DNA of 64,000 nucleotides from Flavobacteriaceae bacterium (GCA_049598335.1 JBMYNN010000001.1:16083-80082), one strand, 5' to 3'; shown: positions 50,282 to 60,441, counted from the stretch's first letter. Program-made: numbers and translations. Notes: generated from the letters alone by a model not told the origin.

Positions 50282-51316
50282 ATGCAAGTAAATTTAATTA
50301 GTGACACGGTCACACGCCCCTCTAAAGAAATGCTTCAGGAAATGATGAGTGCTCCAGTAGGAGATGATGTCTTTAAAGAAGACCCTAGTGTTAATGCCTT
50401 AGAGGCGAAAGTGGCGCTGTTGTTTGGAAAAGAAGCGGCCTTGCTGTTCCCCTCTGGAACCATGGCGAATCAAACGGCCATCAAGCTACATACGAATCCT
50501 GGCGAGCAGTTGATTTGTGATCATTATGCCCATGTGTTTAATTATGAAGGGGGAGGAGTGAGCTTTAATAGCGGAGTTTCTTGTGCTACCATCGTGGGAG
50601 AAAGAGGGCGTATTTCCGCAGAACAAATTCAAGAACGAATTAATCCAAGAGATTTTTATCATTCCCCTAAAACTGCTTTGGTGGTTTTAGAAAATACCAC
50701 TAACAAAGGAGGGGGAGCCTGTTATTCTCCCGACGAAATCCAGCGAATAGCAGCCCTTTGTAAGAAAGAAAATCTTTCCTTGCATTTAGATGGAGCAAGA
50801 ATTTGGAATGCGATGATTGCTACTAAAACTACACCCGCTTTTTATGGAGAACATTTTGATACCATATCGGTGTGTTTTAGTAAAGGACTAGGTGCGCCAA
50901 TAGGTTCTGCTTTAATTGGTTCAAAAGAAATGATTGATCAGGCTTTACGGGTTAGGAAAATTTTAGGAGGCGGAATGCGACAAGCAGGCTATCTCGCACA
51001 AGCTGCAAGTTATGCTATTGATCACCACTGGCAGGCCATAGAGCATGACCATGTAAAAGCTAAAGAATTAGGTGCTGCCGTGATGGACATTAAAGGAATA
51101 AGATATTTAGCGCCTGTAGATACGAATATTGTTATATTTGAGTTAGCCTCTTCCCAATTAGAGCAAGAATTTATGGCATTTATGGAGCAAAGTAAAATCC
51201 AATTGATCAGTATGGGTTCTGGGAAATTACGCTTTGTTACCCATAGAGATTATACCGATGACCAACACCGTTATGTACTTAAATGCTTACAGCAATTTAA
51301 ATTTACCCGATCATGA
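50282..51316 (+). CDS. ltaE: low-specificity L-threonine aldolase
   Basis: About 344 aa from the first ATG, with the N-terminal SDTVTRPS motif and a PLP-fold type I Lys context (FSKGLGAP). Confidence 0.82.
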   Translation: MQVNLISDTVTRPSKEMLQEMMSAPVGDDVFKEDPSVNALEAKVALLFGKEAALLFPSGTMANQTAIKLHTNPGEQLICDHYAHVFNYEGGGVSFNSGVSCATIVGERGRISAEQIQERINPRDFYHSPKTALVVLENTTNKGGGACYSPDEIQRIAALCKKENLSLHLDGARIWNAMIATKTTPAFYGEHFDTISVCFSKGLGAPIGSALIGSKEMIDQALRVRKILGGGMRQAGYLAQAASYAIDHHWQAIEHDHVKAKELGAAVMDIKGIRYLAPVDTNIVIFELASSQLEQEFMAFMEQSKIQLISMGSGKLRFVTHRDYTDDQHRYVLKCLQQFKFTRS

Positions 51317-53478
51317 TTAAATATCCTCCATTTCTCCGATTGCCCTTTGATAAAGGCTTAATTTCACTTTTTTCTTTACTAATTATTGCTTGTACTAATA
51401 CCACACCAGAAATGAAACCAGATGCTACTCTTATCCCTCCAATAGCAGATCAAAAATCCTATCAACACAAAATTCACAACGACATAAGAATAGATCCTTA
51501 TTATTGGTTAAAAGAGCGTGAAAATCCAGAAGTGATTGATTACTTAGAAAGGGAAAACGATTATTACCAAAAATCCACTAAGCATTTAGTCCCATTTCAA
51601 GATGATTTGTTTAAAGAAATGAAGGGTCGCATTAAAGAAGAGGACAATTCTGTGCCATATTTTTACAATGGTTATTGGTACATTACTCGTTATGAAAAAG
51701 GGCAAGATTACCCTATTTATACCAGAAAGAAAGACAGCTTAAGTGCTTCAGAAGAGATTTTATTTAATTGTAATGAAATGGCCAAAGGACATGATTATTT
51801 CCGCCTCGTAGGCATAAATATTAGTCCAGATAATACCAAGGCAATTTTTGGGATAGACACAGTTTCTAGACGTCAGTATGTCCTTAAAGTAAAAGACTTA
51901 ATCACTGGGGAAATCTTTAACACTTCGATCACAAACAGTACAGGGGGAAGTGCCTGGTCAAAAGACAATGAACATTTTTTCTATACCCTAAAGAATCCTC
52001 TGACCCTTCGTTCGGAAGCAATTTACCGTCACAATTTATCAGATTTGAATGCAGTTAGCGAATTGGTTTTTAAAGAAGAAGATGAAACATTTTCTTGCTA
52101 TGTAACTAAATCAAAATCAGAGGATTACATCTTTATAGGCTCTTATAGCACTTTGTCAACAGAGTTTCAATTTATCAAAGCAGATGAACCACTTTCTTCA
52201 TTTAAATTAGTTCACAAAAGAGAAAAGGATCTTGAATACAGTATTTCTCATTATGGAGCGCATTTCTACATTTTCACTAACGCAGATGGAGCAAAGAATT
52301 TTAAATTGATGAAGACCACTACAAGTGCACCACGAAAAGAAAACTGGGTAGAGGTATTACCCCACAGAGAAGACGTTTTGCTGGAAGATTTAGATCTTTT
52401 TGATGAGTATTGGACCATAACCGAAAGAACCGATGGTTTAACAAAAATACGTGTCAAAAGATGGGATGAACAAGAAGATTATTATTTACCCTTAGAGGGG
52501 GAAACTTACACTGTTTATACTTCTACAAATATTGATTTTAAAACCACAAAATTGCGTTATATCTATAATTCAATGACTACTCCCTCTAGTGTGATTGAGT
52601 TCGACATGAAAGATAAAACTCAAACTATTCTTAAAGAGCAGGAAGTATTGGGTGGGAAGTTTGATAAAAGTAACTATGTATCTAAGCGCCTTTGGGCGAC
52701 GGCAAAAGATGGAGTTAAAGTCCCTATTTCACTGGTTTACAGAAAAGATACTGCCTTAACCCCAGATACTCCAATTTTACAATATGCCTATGGGTCTTAT
52801 GGCTCTACAATAGACCCTGGTTTTTCGACTACTCGCCTAAGTTTACTCGATCGCGGTTTTGCTTTTGCCATTGCACATGTTCGCGGGGGAGAATACATGG
52901 GTAGAAAATGGTATGACGACGGGAAAATGCTCCAAAAGAAAAACACCTTTACTGATTTTATCGCCTGTTCAAAGTTTCTCATTGAGAAAGGAATGACCAG
53001 CGAAAAGCATTTATATGCCTATGGTGGCTCTGCAGGAGGTCTCTTGATGGGTGTTATTGTAAATGAAGCCCCTCAATTGTACAAAGGGGTAATTGCCGCA
53101 GTTCCATTCGTTGATGTAGTCACAACCATGTTAGATGAAAGTATTCCATTAACGACTGGGGAATATGACGAGTGGGGAAATCCTAATCATGAGGAATATT
53201 ATCATTATATTAAGTCCTACTCTCCTTATGACAACGTTAAAGAGCAGCCTTATCCTAATATGCTAGTCACCACCGGATTGCATGATTCTCAAGTACAATA
53301 TTGGGAACCAGCTAAATGGGTAGCGCTTTTAAGGCAGCATAAAAAAGATAATACGGTACTGTTTTTAGACACCAATATGACCGCTGGACACGGCGGAGCA
53401 TCGGGTAGATTTCAAGGACTGAAGGAAACTGCTAAAAAATATGCCTTTCTTCTCGCTTTAGAGAATACCAATAACTAA
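51313..53478 (+). CDS. ptrB: S9-family serine peptidase, oligopeptidase B-like
   Basis: 721 aa with a lipoprotein-like N-terminus (LLIIAC). It has DPYYWLKERENPEVIDYLERENDYY, the nucleophile elbow GGSAGGLLMG and a C-terminal GHGG. Confidence 0.78.
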   Translation: MIKYPPFLRLPFDKGLISLFSLLIIACTNTTPEMKPDATLIPPIADQKSYQHKIHNDIRIDPYYWLKERENPEVIDYLERENDYYQKSTKHLVPFQDDLFKEMKGRIKEEDNSVPYFYNGYWYITRYEKGQDYPIYTRKKDSLSASEEILFNCNEMAKGHDYFRLVGINISPDNTKAIFGIDTVSRRQYVLKVKDLITGEIFNTSITNSTGGSAWSKDNEHFFYTLKNPLTLRSEAIYRHNLSDLNAVSELVFKEEDETFSCYVTKSKSEDYIFIGSYSTLSTEFQFIKADEPLSSFKLVHKREKDLEYSISHYGAHFYIFTNADGAKNFKLMKTTTSAPRKENWVEVLPHREDVLLEDLDLFDEYWTITERTDGLTKIRVKRWDEQEDYYLPLEGETYTVYTSTNIDFKTTKLRYIYNSMTTPSSVIEFDMKDKTQTILKEQEVLGGKFDKSNYVSKRLWATAKDGVKVPISLVYRKDTALTPDTPILQYAYGSYGSTIDPGFSTTRLSLLDRGFAFAIAHVRGGEYMGRKWYDDGKMLQKKNTFTDFIACSKFLIEKGMTSEKHLYAYGGSAGGLLMGVIVNEAPQLYKGVIAAVPFVDVVTTMLDESIPLTTGEYDEWGNPNHEEYYHYIKSYSPYDNVKEQPYPNMLVTTGLHDSQVQYWEPAKWVALLRQHKKDNTVLFLDTNMTAGHGGASGRFQGLKETAKKYAFLLALENTNN

Positions 53479-53525
53479 TATTTTTTAATTAAATTTGCAT
53501 TGGTTTGTTCAAACATAACCAAAAT

Positions 53526-54566
53526 ATGACATTAGGAATCCAATCTGTTCCCAATTTGCTCTCCCTTGTGGGAAACACCCCTCTTGTTAAACTTAATCGA
53601 GTTGTAGAAGGTTTTAAAGGTAACTACTTTGCAAAGTGGGAAGCTAATAATCCTGGGCATTCTAATAAAGACCGCATTGCTTTACATATTATTGAAGAAG
53701 CAGAAAGACAAGGCCTTATAGGAGAGAACACTACCATTGTAGAAACAACTTCTGGAAATACAGGTTTCAGTTTAGCCATGGTATCTATGATCAAAGGCTA
53801 TGAATGTATTTTAGCCGTTAGTTCAAAGTCCTCTGAAGATAAAATCAATATGTTACGCTCTATGGGAGCGAAAGTTTATGTTTGCCCAGCTAATGTAAAA
53901 GCAGATGATCGAAGATCATATTACCAAGTAGCCAAACGTATTCATGAAGAAACCAAAGATTCGATTTACATCAATCAGTATTTCAATGATTTAAATGCTC
54001 AAGCACATTATAATACTACAGGCCCAGAAATTTGGGAACAAACCAATGGTAAAATTACTCACTTAGTCGCTTGTAGTGGGACAGGCGGGACGATCTCTGG
54101 CTGTGCTAAATACTTAAAAGAACAAAATCCTGATATTCGTATTATAGGAGTAGATGCTTATGGTTCTGTATTAAAGAAATACCACGAAACCCAAGAGTTT
54201 GATCCCAAAGAAATCTATCCCTACCGTATTGAAGGTCTTGGGAAAAATTTAATCCCTTCAGCGACAAATTTTGATGTAATAGATAAATTTGTCAAAGTTA
54301 GTGACGAGGAAAGTGCCCACTCTGCAAGAGAAACCACCAAAAAAGAAGGAATGTTTGTAGGCTATACTTGTGGAGCAGTAGTACAAGCCATTAAGCAATT
54401 ATCCAAAGAAGATGAATTTGATGAAAACAGTAATATCGTGGCCATTTTCCCAGATCATGGTTCTAGATATATGAGTAAAATATACAGCGATCAATGGATG
54501 AAAGAACAAGGTTTCTTTGATACTGAACACGCAAAAGACCCCAAAAAAGTAGAATATATACAATAG
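53526..54566 (+). CDS. fold-type II PLP enzyme of the cystathionine-beta-synthase/cysteine-synthase family, with no CBS regulatory domains (candidate cysteate synthase CapA-like)
   Basis: About 346 aa from the first ATG, with the PLP-lysine context [17 protein letters not shown] and GTGGTISG loops. Confidence 0.8.
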   Translation: MTLGIQSVPNLLSLVGNTPLVKLNRVVEGFKGNYFAKWEANNPGHSNKDRIALHIIEEAERQGLIGENTTIVETTSGNTGFSLAMVSMIKGYECILAVSSKSSEDKINMLRSMGAKVYVCPANVKADDRRSYYQVAKRIHEETKDSIYINQYFNDLNAQAHYNTTGPEIWEQTNGKITHLVACSGTGGTISGCAKYLKEQNPDIRIIGVDAYGSVLKKYHETQEFDPKEIYPYRIEGLGKNLIPSATNFDVIDKFVKVSDEESAHSARETTKKEGMFVGYTCGAVVQAIKQLSKEDEFDENSNIVAIFPDHGSRYMSKIYSDQWMKEQGFFDTEHAKDPKKVEYIQ

Positions 54567-54598
54567 TAAGTGCCCTTGCGCGAAGAAAGAACATGTAG

Positions 54599-55849
54599 AT
54601 GAAAGATTTATTTGAACGTATCCTTGAAAATAAAGGTCCATTAGGGAAATGGGCTTCTGTTGCAGAAGGTTATTTTGTTTTTCCAAAGTTAGAAGGTCCC
54701 ATTTCAAATCGTATGAAATTTAATGGTAAAGAAGTTATTACTTGGAGTGTTAATGATTATTTGGGACTTGCCAATCAACCCGAAATTCGTGAAGTAGATG
54801 CAGCCGCAGCGGCAGAATTTGGCTCTGCTTATCCCATGGGAGCGAGAATGATGTCTGGTCATACAGCATTACACGAGCAATTAGAACGTGAATTGGCAGA
54901 GTTTGTAGAAAAGGAAGCGGCTTATGTCCTCAACTTTGGTTATCAAGGGATTCTTTCTACCATCGATACGCTCGTGTCTAAAAACGACGTTATTGTTTAT
55001 GATGTGGATGCCCATGCCTGCATTATAGACGGGGTTCGCCTTCACCCTGGAAAACGTTTTACCTACAAGCACAATGATATTGAAAGTCTTGAGAAAAACC
55101 TTGAACGCGCCACTAAGGTTGCAGAACAAACCGGTGGAGGTATTTTAGTTATTTCTGAAGGAGTGTTTGGAATGAGAGGAGAACAAGGTCGTTTAAAAGA
55201 AATTGTCGCTCTAAAAGAGAAATTTCAATTTAGATTCTTAGTTGACGATGCGCACGGTTTTGGAACATTAGGAGCAAGAGGTGCTGGTGCTGGAGAAGAG
55301 CAAGGCATTCAAGCAGATATAGATGTATATTTTGCCACTTTTGCCAAATCAATGGCCTCAACAGGTGCGTTTATTGCAGCAGATAAAGAAATAATTGACT
55401 TCTTAAAGTACAACATGCGATCGCAAATGTTTGCGAAATCACTTCAATCAGTTTTAGTTGCTGGAGCTCTCAAGCGTTTGGATATGCTGCGTTCACGCCC
55501 AGAGTTCAAAGCCAAATTGTGGGAAAATGTTAATGCACTACAAGATGGTCTTAAAGAGCGCGGTTTTGATATTGGAACAACGCAAAGCTGTGTTACGCCT
55601 GTATATCTAAAAGGGAGTATTCCAGAAGCGATGGTATTAGTAAAAGACCTTAGAGAAAATCACGGTATCTTTTGTTCTATTGTTGTTTATCCTGTGATTC
55701 CAAAAGGATTGATATTACTTCGTTTAATCCCAACTGCATCACATTATCTTGAAGATGTTGCGATTACGCTTGACGCGTTTTCTGCAATTAGAGAAAAACT
55801 TGAAAAGGGTATTTATAAGCGCATGTCTACAGCAATTAGTGCTTCTTAA
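54599..55849 (+). CDS. alpha-oxoamine synthase family PLP enzyme (KBL/BioF/serine-palmitoyltransferase-like; candidate cysteate-fatty-acyl transferase CapB/SulA-like)
   Basis: 416 aa with the N-terminal YFVFPKLEG...GKEVITWSVNDYLGL layout typical of AONS/SPT enzymes, DDAHGFG, and a FAKSMAS Lys context. Confidence 0.85.
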   Translation: MKDLFERILENKGPLGKWASVAEGYFVFPKLEGPISNRMKFNGKEVITWSVNDYLGLANQPEIREVDAAAAAEFGSAYPMGARMMSGHTALHEQLERELAEFVEKEAAYVLNFGYQGILSTIDTLVSKNDVIVYDVDAHACIIDGVRLHPGKRFTYKHNDIESLEKNLERATKVAEQTGGGILVISEGVFGMRGEQGRLKEIVALKEKFQFRFLVDDAHGFGTLGARGAGAGEEQGIQADIDVYFATFAKSMASTGAFIAADKEIIDFLKYNMRSQMFAKSLQSVLVAGALKRLDMLRSRPEFKAKLWENVNALQDGLKERGFDIGTTQSCVTPVYLKGSIPEAMVLVKDLRENHGIFCSIVVYPVIPKGLILLRLIPTASHYLEDVAITLDAFSAIREKLEKGIYKRMSTAISAS

Positions 55850-55873
55850 GAAAACGCTCAAATATTTCTCCAT

Positions 55874-55898
55874 AAAAAAAGACTCGCTTAGGCGAGCC
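55874..55898 (-). terminator. rho-independent terminator downstream of dnaN
   Basis: The minus strand reads GGCTCGC-CTAA-GCGAGTC followed by TTTTTTT (plus-strand A-run at 55874-55880), 25 nt past the dnaN stop. Confidence 0.75.
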
Positions 55899-55922
55899 TT
55901 ATAATTTCCTTTATTCAAAATT

Positions 55923-57038
55923 TTAGTCATTTAACATCACTGGCATGACTAGCATAGTAATATGTTCCCCTTGTTCTATATTGTCAAGTGGGGTAATTAT
56001 CCCAGCACGATTAGGCATGGACATAGAGAGAGAAATATCATCAGCCCCCAAGTTATTTAACATTTCAATTAAGAAACGGGAGTTAAATCCAATCTGCATA
56101 TCATCCCCTAAATAACTACAACTCAAACGCTCTTCTGCTTTATTGCTAAAGTCATAATCTTCAGCAGAAATATTTAGTTCTGCCCCAGCAATCTTTAAAC
56201 GAATCTGATGCGTGGTTTTATTAGAAAAAATACTAACTCGACGTAGTGAGTTTAGTAAAGTTTCTCTTTGAATGGTTAATACATTAGGGTTTTCTTTTGG
56301 AATAACGGCCTCATAATTTGGGTATTTCCCTTCAATTAATCTACAGTTTAAGCTGGTGTTTGCAAAGGTAAATTGAGCATTTGTGTCATTGTACTCAATA
56401 TTGATATCTTCTTCGCTTCCTTGCAAAATTCCTTTTAAGATTTGCAGTGCTTTTTTGGGCATAATAAATTCTGCTGTACCAGAAGCGGTAACATCAGATC
56501 TAGTGTATTTTACAAGTTTGTGAGCGTCTGTTGCAACAAAGTTGAGACCCTCTGTTGAAAACTGAAAGAACACCCCACTCATCACAGGTCTTAAATCATC
56601 GTTTCCCGAAGCAAAAAGCGTGGCGTTAATTGCATTTGCTAGAGTATCTCCCATAATCACTGTTTTACTAGGATCTTTTAGATGAACAGCTTTGGGGAAT
56701 TCTTCACCAGATAAATAGGCTAGGCTGTATTTTCCATTGTTGGCACTAATCTCAATAGCATTATTTTGAGCTGAAAATGTGAGGGGTTGTTCTGGAAATG
56801 TTTTTAGTGTATCCAGTAATAGACGAGCTGGAACAGCAATATTACCGTTATCTGTAGATTCAACCGATATACTAGAAGACATACTTGTTTCTAGATCAGA
56901 AGCTGTTATGGTTAAACGGTCTTGATTGAGTTCAAATAAAAAATTATCTAGAATAGGAAGAGTGTTTGTACTGTTGACAACACCTCCAAGAATTTGTAGC
57001 TGTTTGAGTAGTTGATTGCTTGAGACGATAAACTTCAT
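55923..57038 (-). CDS. dnaN: DNA polymerase III beta sliding clamp
   Basis: About 371 aa from MKFIVSSNQLLKQLQ, with a three-domain clamp length and the C-terminal MLVMPVML motif. Two further in-frame ATGs lie upstream at 57047 and 57056. Confidence 0.92.
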   Translation of the reverse strand: MKFIVSSNQLLKQLQILGGVVNSTNTLPILDNFLFELNQDRLTITASDLETSMSSSISVESTDNGNIAVPARLLLDTLKTFPEQPLTFSAQNNAIEISANNGKYSLAYLSGEEFPKAVHLKDPSKTVIMGDTLANAINATLFASGNDDLRPVMSGVFFQFSTEGLNFVATDAHKLVKYTRSDVTASGTAEFIMPKKALQILKGILQGSEEDINIEYNDTNAQFTFANTSLNCRLIEGKYPNYEAVIPKENPNVLTIQRETLLNSLRRVSIFSNKTTHQIRLKIAGAELNISAEDYDFSNKAEERLSCSYLGDDMQIGFNSRFLIEMLNNLGADDISLSMSMPNRAGIITPLDNIEQGEHITMLVMPVMLND

Positions 57039-57104
57039 AAGTTTCATTTTATACATTCAAATATATTTTAAAACTAAGCAACCCGAAAAGAAACTTATCA
57101 AAAG

Positions 57105-58796
57105 TTATTGACGATAAGAGCGTCGACGCAAGACTCCACAAATGAGTCCAAGAAAAGCGAGTAGCGTGAGTGGTAGGGCAAATACTTTTGTTTGAATTCT
57201 CTTTTTTTGTTCCCTTATAAGTGTTTGATCTAGAAAGGCTAAACGGATTTCTTTTGATCTTAAAACTAATCGCTTATTTTCTCCCATAAGGTAATGCACT
57301 GTGTTCTGCAGGAATTGCTTATTTGCATAAAGATTATTGGTCCATTTATCATAACCCAATTCTAGGGGATTTCCTTTATCCAATTGATTTTCTGCCATGT
57401 TTCCATCAGAAAAGATCGCTATTTTAGCAGAGCGGGTATCTGTGGCTTTATCCCACTCAAAAGGTGAAATTCTATTTTGAAATAAAGAAGGGAAAGTCCC
57501 CTCTAATAAAACCCCAGTAATGTTACTTTTTTCGTCAAAAAGAGAAGGCTTTAAGGGCTTTGTAGCTTCTTCTAAAGCAATAATAAAGGGTGGTTTTTTA
57601 AGCTTAGAGCGGTTAGAGCTGGCAAGTAAAATTGTTTTGCGAGTTGTATTGGATAGGGTATCGATAGAACTTACAAATTGTTGAAGAACATTGCCTACTG
57701 CACTCCCTATGGGGTGATCCCCTGTGGGTTCTACAAGTGGGTGATAAACCCATGGATAGGGTCGATATTCAGACGAGGCATTTTCGCCCTGCGCTAGAAC
57801 AATAGGTGCACTAAACAAGTCTGTAATAATATCTCTATTTAATCTTACACCGTACTTAAAAAAAAGTTCTTCTAAGCCAAGATCTACCGGGAAAGCCACT
57901 GCATCACCCTGAATAGAGAAAAGGCTGTCTTGAGCGATGTTAATGGGGTCAATCATAAAGAGACTATTGCCCCCTTGCTGGGTGTATTGGTCCAGCATGA
58001 ATTTTTCTTCGGTAGTAAAGTGCTCAGTAGGATTAGCGATAAATAACAGATCAAAACGATTGAGATTTTCTAATGTTTTAGCTGGCTGCGCCGGAAATGC
58101 TTTTAAGTCAAACGAAGCCAATCTGTAATAGGGGGAAAGGCTTTGTAATAAACTGGCAAGTTGAAGATCAGAACTTCCCTTGTGAGAGCTTATCACGGCT
58201 ATACTTTTTTTATCCTTTAAAAACAGACGATGTAAACCATCAGTTAAATTGTATTCTAGCTGTTGTATGGATTGCTCAATGCGTTGCTCTGCGGTGTCGC
58301 CCAAATTTTTTTGTAATAGTGATACTCGAATTGACTTGCTTTCTAGTGAAGTATTATCCTGTACATTTAAGATCATCCAAGGGACTACAATGGTCTGTTC
58401 TGTAGATTGACTCTCTTGGTCAATCTCTACTTCGGGCGCTAGCCCAAAACGATATAATTCTTCAATCAATTCTTCTTTATTTTCCACCCCTTCAAAAGGA
58501 TCTACAAAGGTGTACTGAACAAATTCATTTTGATGATTGACTTGCTTTAATAAAATGGTGAGCTCTGTTCTCAAGCGCTGATAATTTGCAGGAAGGTTAC
58601 CGCCCAGCATTACATCAATTAAAATGGGTTGTTTGATGGCTTGTACAACTTCAATTGTATTGTCTGATAAAGTATAGCGTTGATCCAAAGTCAAATCCCA
58701 TTGTTGGTTGACAAAGTATAAAGCTTTCATGCTTATAATAATAATCCCTATAGCGGTTAGCAAACGATAAATGTCTGTGCGCTGTATCATTGACAT
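57105..58796 (-). CDS. gldG: gliding-motility-associated ABC transporter accessory component GldG
   Basis: 563 aa with N- and C-terminal TM anchors. The N-terminal region (WDLTLDQRYTLSDNTIEVVQAIKQPILIDV) matches my recollection of GldG/ABC-type uncharacterised transport auxiliary proteins. It directly follows gldF with overlapping start and stop. Confidence 0.78.
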   Translation of the reverse strand: MSMIQRTDIYRLLTAIGIIIISMKALYFVNQQWDLTLDQRYTLSDNTIEVVQAIKQPILIDVMLGGNLPANYQRLRTELTILLKQVNHQNEFVQYTFVDPFEGVENKEELIEELYRFGLAPEVEIDQESQSTEQTIVVPWMILNVQDNTSLESKSIRVSLLQKNLGDTAEQRIEQSIQQLEYNLTDGLHRLFLKDKKSIAVISSHKGSSDLQLASLLQSLSPYYRLASFDLKAFPAQPAKTLENLNRFDLLFIANPTEHFTTEEKFMLDQYTQQGGNSLFMIDPINIAQDSLFSIQGDAVAFPVDLGLEELFFKYGVRLNRDIITDLFSAPIVLAQGENASSEYRPYPWVYHPLVEPTGDHPIGSAVGNVLQQFVSSIDTLSNTTRKTILLASSNRSKLKKPPFIIALEEATKPLKPSLFDEKSNITGVLLEGTFPSLFQNRISPFEWDKATDTRSAKIAIFSDGNMAENQLDKGNPLELGYDKWTNNLYANKQFLQNTVHYLMGENKRLVLRSKEIRLAFLDQTLIREQKKRIQTKVFALPLTLLAFLGLICGVLRRRSYRQ

Positions 58797-59518
58797 TTAT
58801 TTTTAATATTAAGCATACTCCAATAAAGAAAAAAGAGGGTTTGAAGTAATAAATAAACCACATTAGCCAGACGAATAATTCCCTTGTTTAACTCTCCATA
58901 ATGATATTGTAAGCCTATACTTTTTAATGAAGTGTAAAGGTCAAAGTTGGTAAATAAATTGGCAATTTGATTCCATCCATAGAAGTGGAAAATATTTATA
59001 AATACAGCAATTAAAAAGGCCGAAAATGCACTTTCTACTAAGGTTGAAGCCCAAAGACTAATCGCCGCTAACGATGAGGCTAAAAGGAATAAACCTAAAA
59101 AAGAGCCATAATAGACTCCCCAGTCTAAGGCATTATTTTCTAATAAAAAATAATCCAACTGAAGAATGTAAAAAAATGAGACACTTAAAGCGATCAATAA
59201 GACGCTCATCAAAGCCAGAAACTTTCCAGCTATAAGAGTAGGAATTCCAATGGGTTTTGTTAATAGTAACTCAATGGTTCCCGCTTTGATTTCTTCTGAA
59301 AAAGATTTCATCCCCAAGGCTGGAAGTAGAAAGATAAACAACCACGGATTGAACTCGAAAAATAAGTTAATATCTCCAAAACCAGCATCTAATAAATTCC
59401 AGCTAGAAGGAAAAACCCACAGTAATAAGCCATTTAACAATAAAAAGGTAGCAAGCAGAACATAACCCATTGGGGTGTAAAAAAAGCTTTGTAGTTCACG
59501 TTGATAAATGGCCCACAT
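58787..59518 (-). CDS. gldF: gliding-motility-associated ABC-2 transporter permease GldF
   Basis: About 243 aa from ATG 59518 (MWAIYQRELQSFFYTPMGYVLLATFLLLNG...), with six predicted TM segments of ABC-2 type. The track starts 9 nt upstream at TTG. Confidence 0.78.
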   Translation of the reverse strand: MWAIYQRELQSFFYTPMGYVLLATFLLLNGLLLWVFPSSWNLLDAGFGDINLFFEFNPWLFIFLLPALGMKSFSEEIKAGTIELLLTKPIGIPTLIAGKFLALMSVLLIALSVSFFYILQLDYFLLENNALDWGVYYGSFLGLFLLASSLAAISLWASTLVESAFSAFLIAVFINIFHFYGWNQIANLFTNFDLYTSLKSIGLQYHYGELNKGIIRLANVVYLLLQTLFFLYWSMLNIKNKCQ

Positions 59519-59519
59519 A

Positions 59520-60347
59520 TTATTCAAAGAAAATAGTTACTGGGGTTCTAAATTCTAACCCAAATAAACTGTGGGCATTCCCGTCTTTTGGATTGCTTTT
59601 GTATATCGCTAGTTCAAGATGTCCTGCAGCATTCCATAAGGCAATTTTTTTACCATCTTCTTCTCTTTTATCTTTTGGGATGGAAAAGTTAATGGCAGCA
59701 GCAAAAGAATCAAAAATATGTTCAAAGGTTACGCTTTGCGCAAAAATCTTAAACGGTCGTGTTTTTTGTATCTCCAAAAATGTTGATTTTTTGATGTTGG
59801 TCACAACATTCCCAAAATTATCAATATAAATGACACTTCCTATTATTTGTGTGCCACTATCGTTAATAACTGGTTTTACTCCTACAATTTCTTTGAGTTT
59901 TTGTAACGGTTTCCCAATCACATCCATAGAGCCATTTCTTGACAAATGTCCTGCTACTTTTACAAAGACATCTAAAACAGGGAAGGTTGTGAGTAAGGTA
60001 TTATGAATGTTGATTTCTACTAACTTTTCATATTTCATTTCTTCGATGATTAAAGAAAAGACACCATTGTTTGCACCAATAAAATAATGCCCATCAAAAA
60101 GCATCACAATATGATTATTTTCTGGGGATAATTCTGAGTCAACCCCTACAATATGGACGGTCCCCTTAGGAAAACTCTTATAAGCGTTTTTAAGAATATA
60201 AGCGGTTTCGGTGTGATTAAATGGACTTATTTCGTGAGAGATATCTACTATGGTCGCGGCAGGAGCTTCTTGAATTAGTGCCGCCTTTGAAACAGAGACG
60301 AAATAGTCTTTATGCCCAAAATCGGTCGTCAAGGTGATAATCGACAT
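59520..60347 (-). CDS. DUF62-family SAM-cleaving enzyme (S-adenosyl-L-methionine hydroxide adenosyltransferase / chlorinase-fluorinase superfamily)
   Basis: 275 aa with the N-terminal ITLTTDFGHKDYFVSVSKAAL hallmark (TTDFG...DxYVG-like). The length is typical for the family. Confidence 0.82.
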   Translation of the reverse strand: MSIITLTTDFGHKDYFVSVSKAALIQEAPAATIVDISHEISPFNHTETAYILKNAYKSFPKGTVHIVGVDSELSPENNHIVMLFDGHYFIGANNGVFSLIIEEMKYEKLVEINIHNTLLTTFPVLDVFVKVAGHLSRNGSMDVIGKPLQKLKEIVGVKPVINDSGTQIIGSVIYIDNFGNVVTNIKKSTFLEIQKTRPFKIFAQSVTFEHIFDSFAAAINFSIPKDKREEDGKKIALWNAAGHLELAIYKSNPKDGNAHSLFGLEFRTPVTIFFE

Positions 60348-60441
60348 AAAGTTTTTTTATTTTATAATGGATTGAAACGAAAAACGTAAATTTGAGTACA
60401 AACTTACAAAACTGAGCGTATAATCGATAATTATAAAGCTA

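Noticed and set aside
59470-59829. 119-aa forward ORF spanning the DUF62/gldF junction. Also 59250-59465, 57937-58128, 58097-58405 and 58651-58863.
   Set aside because: They are antisense or out of frame relative to the DUF62, gldF and gldG coding regions and have no supporting motif.
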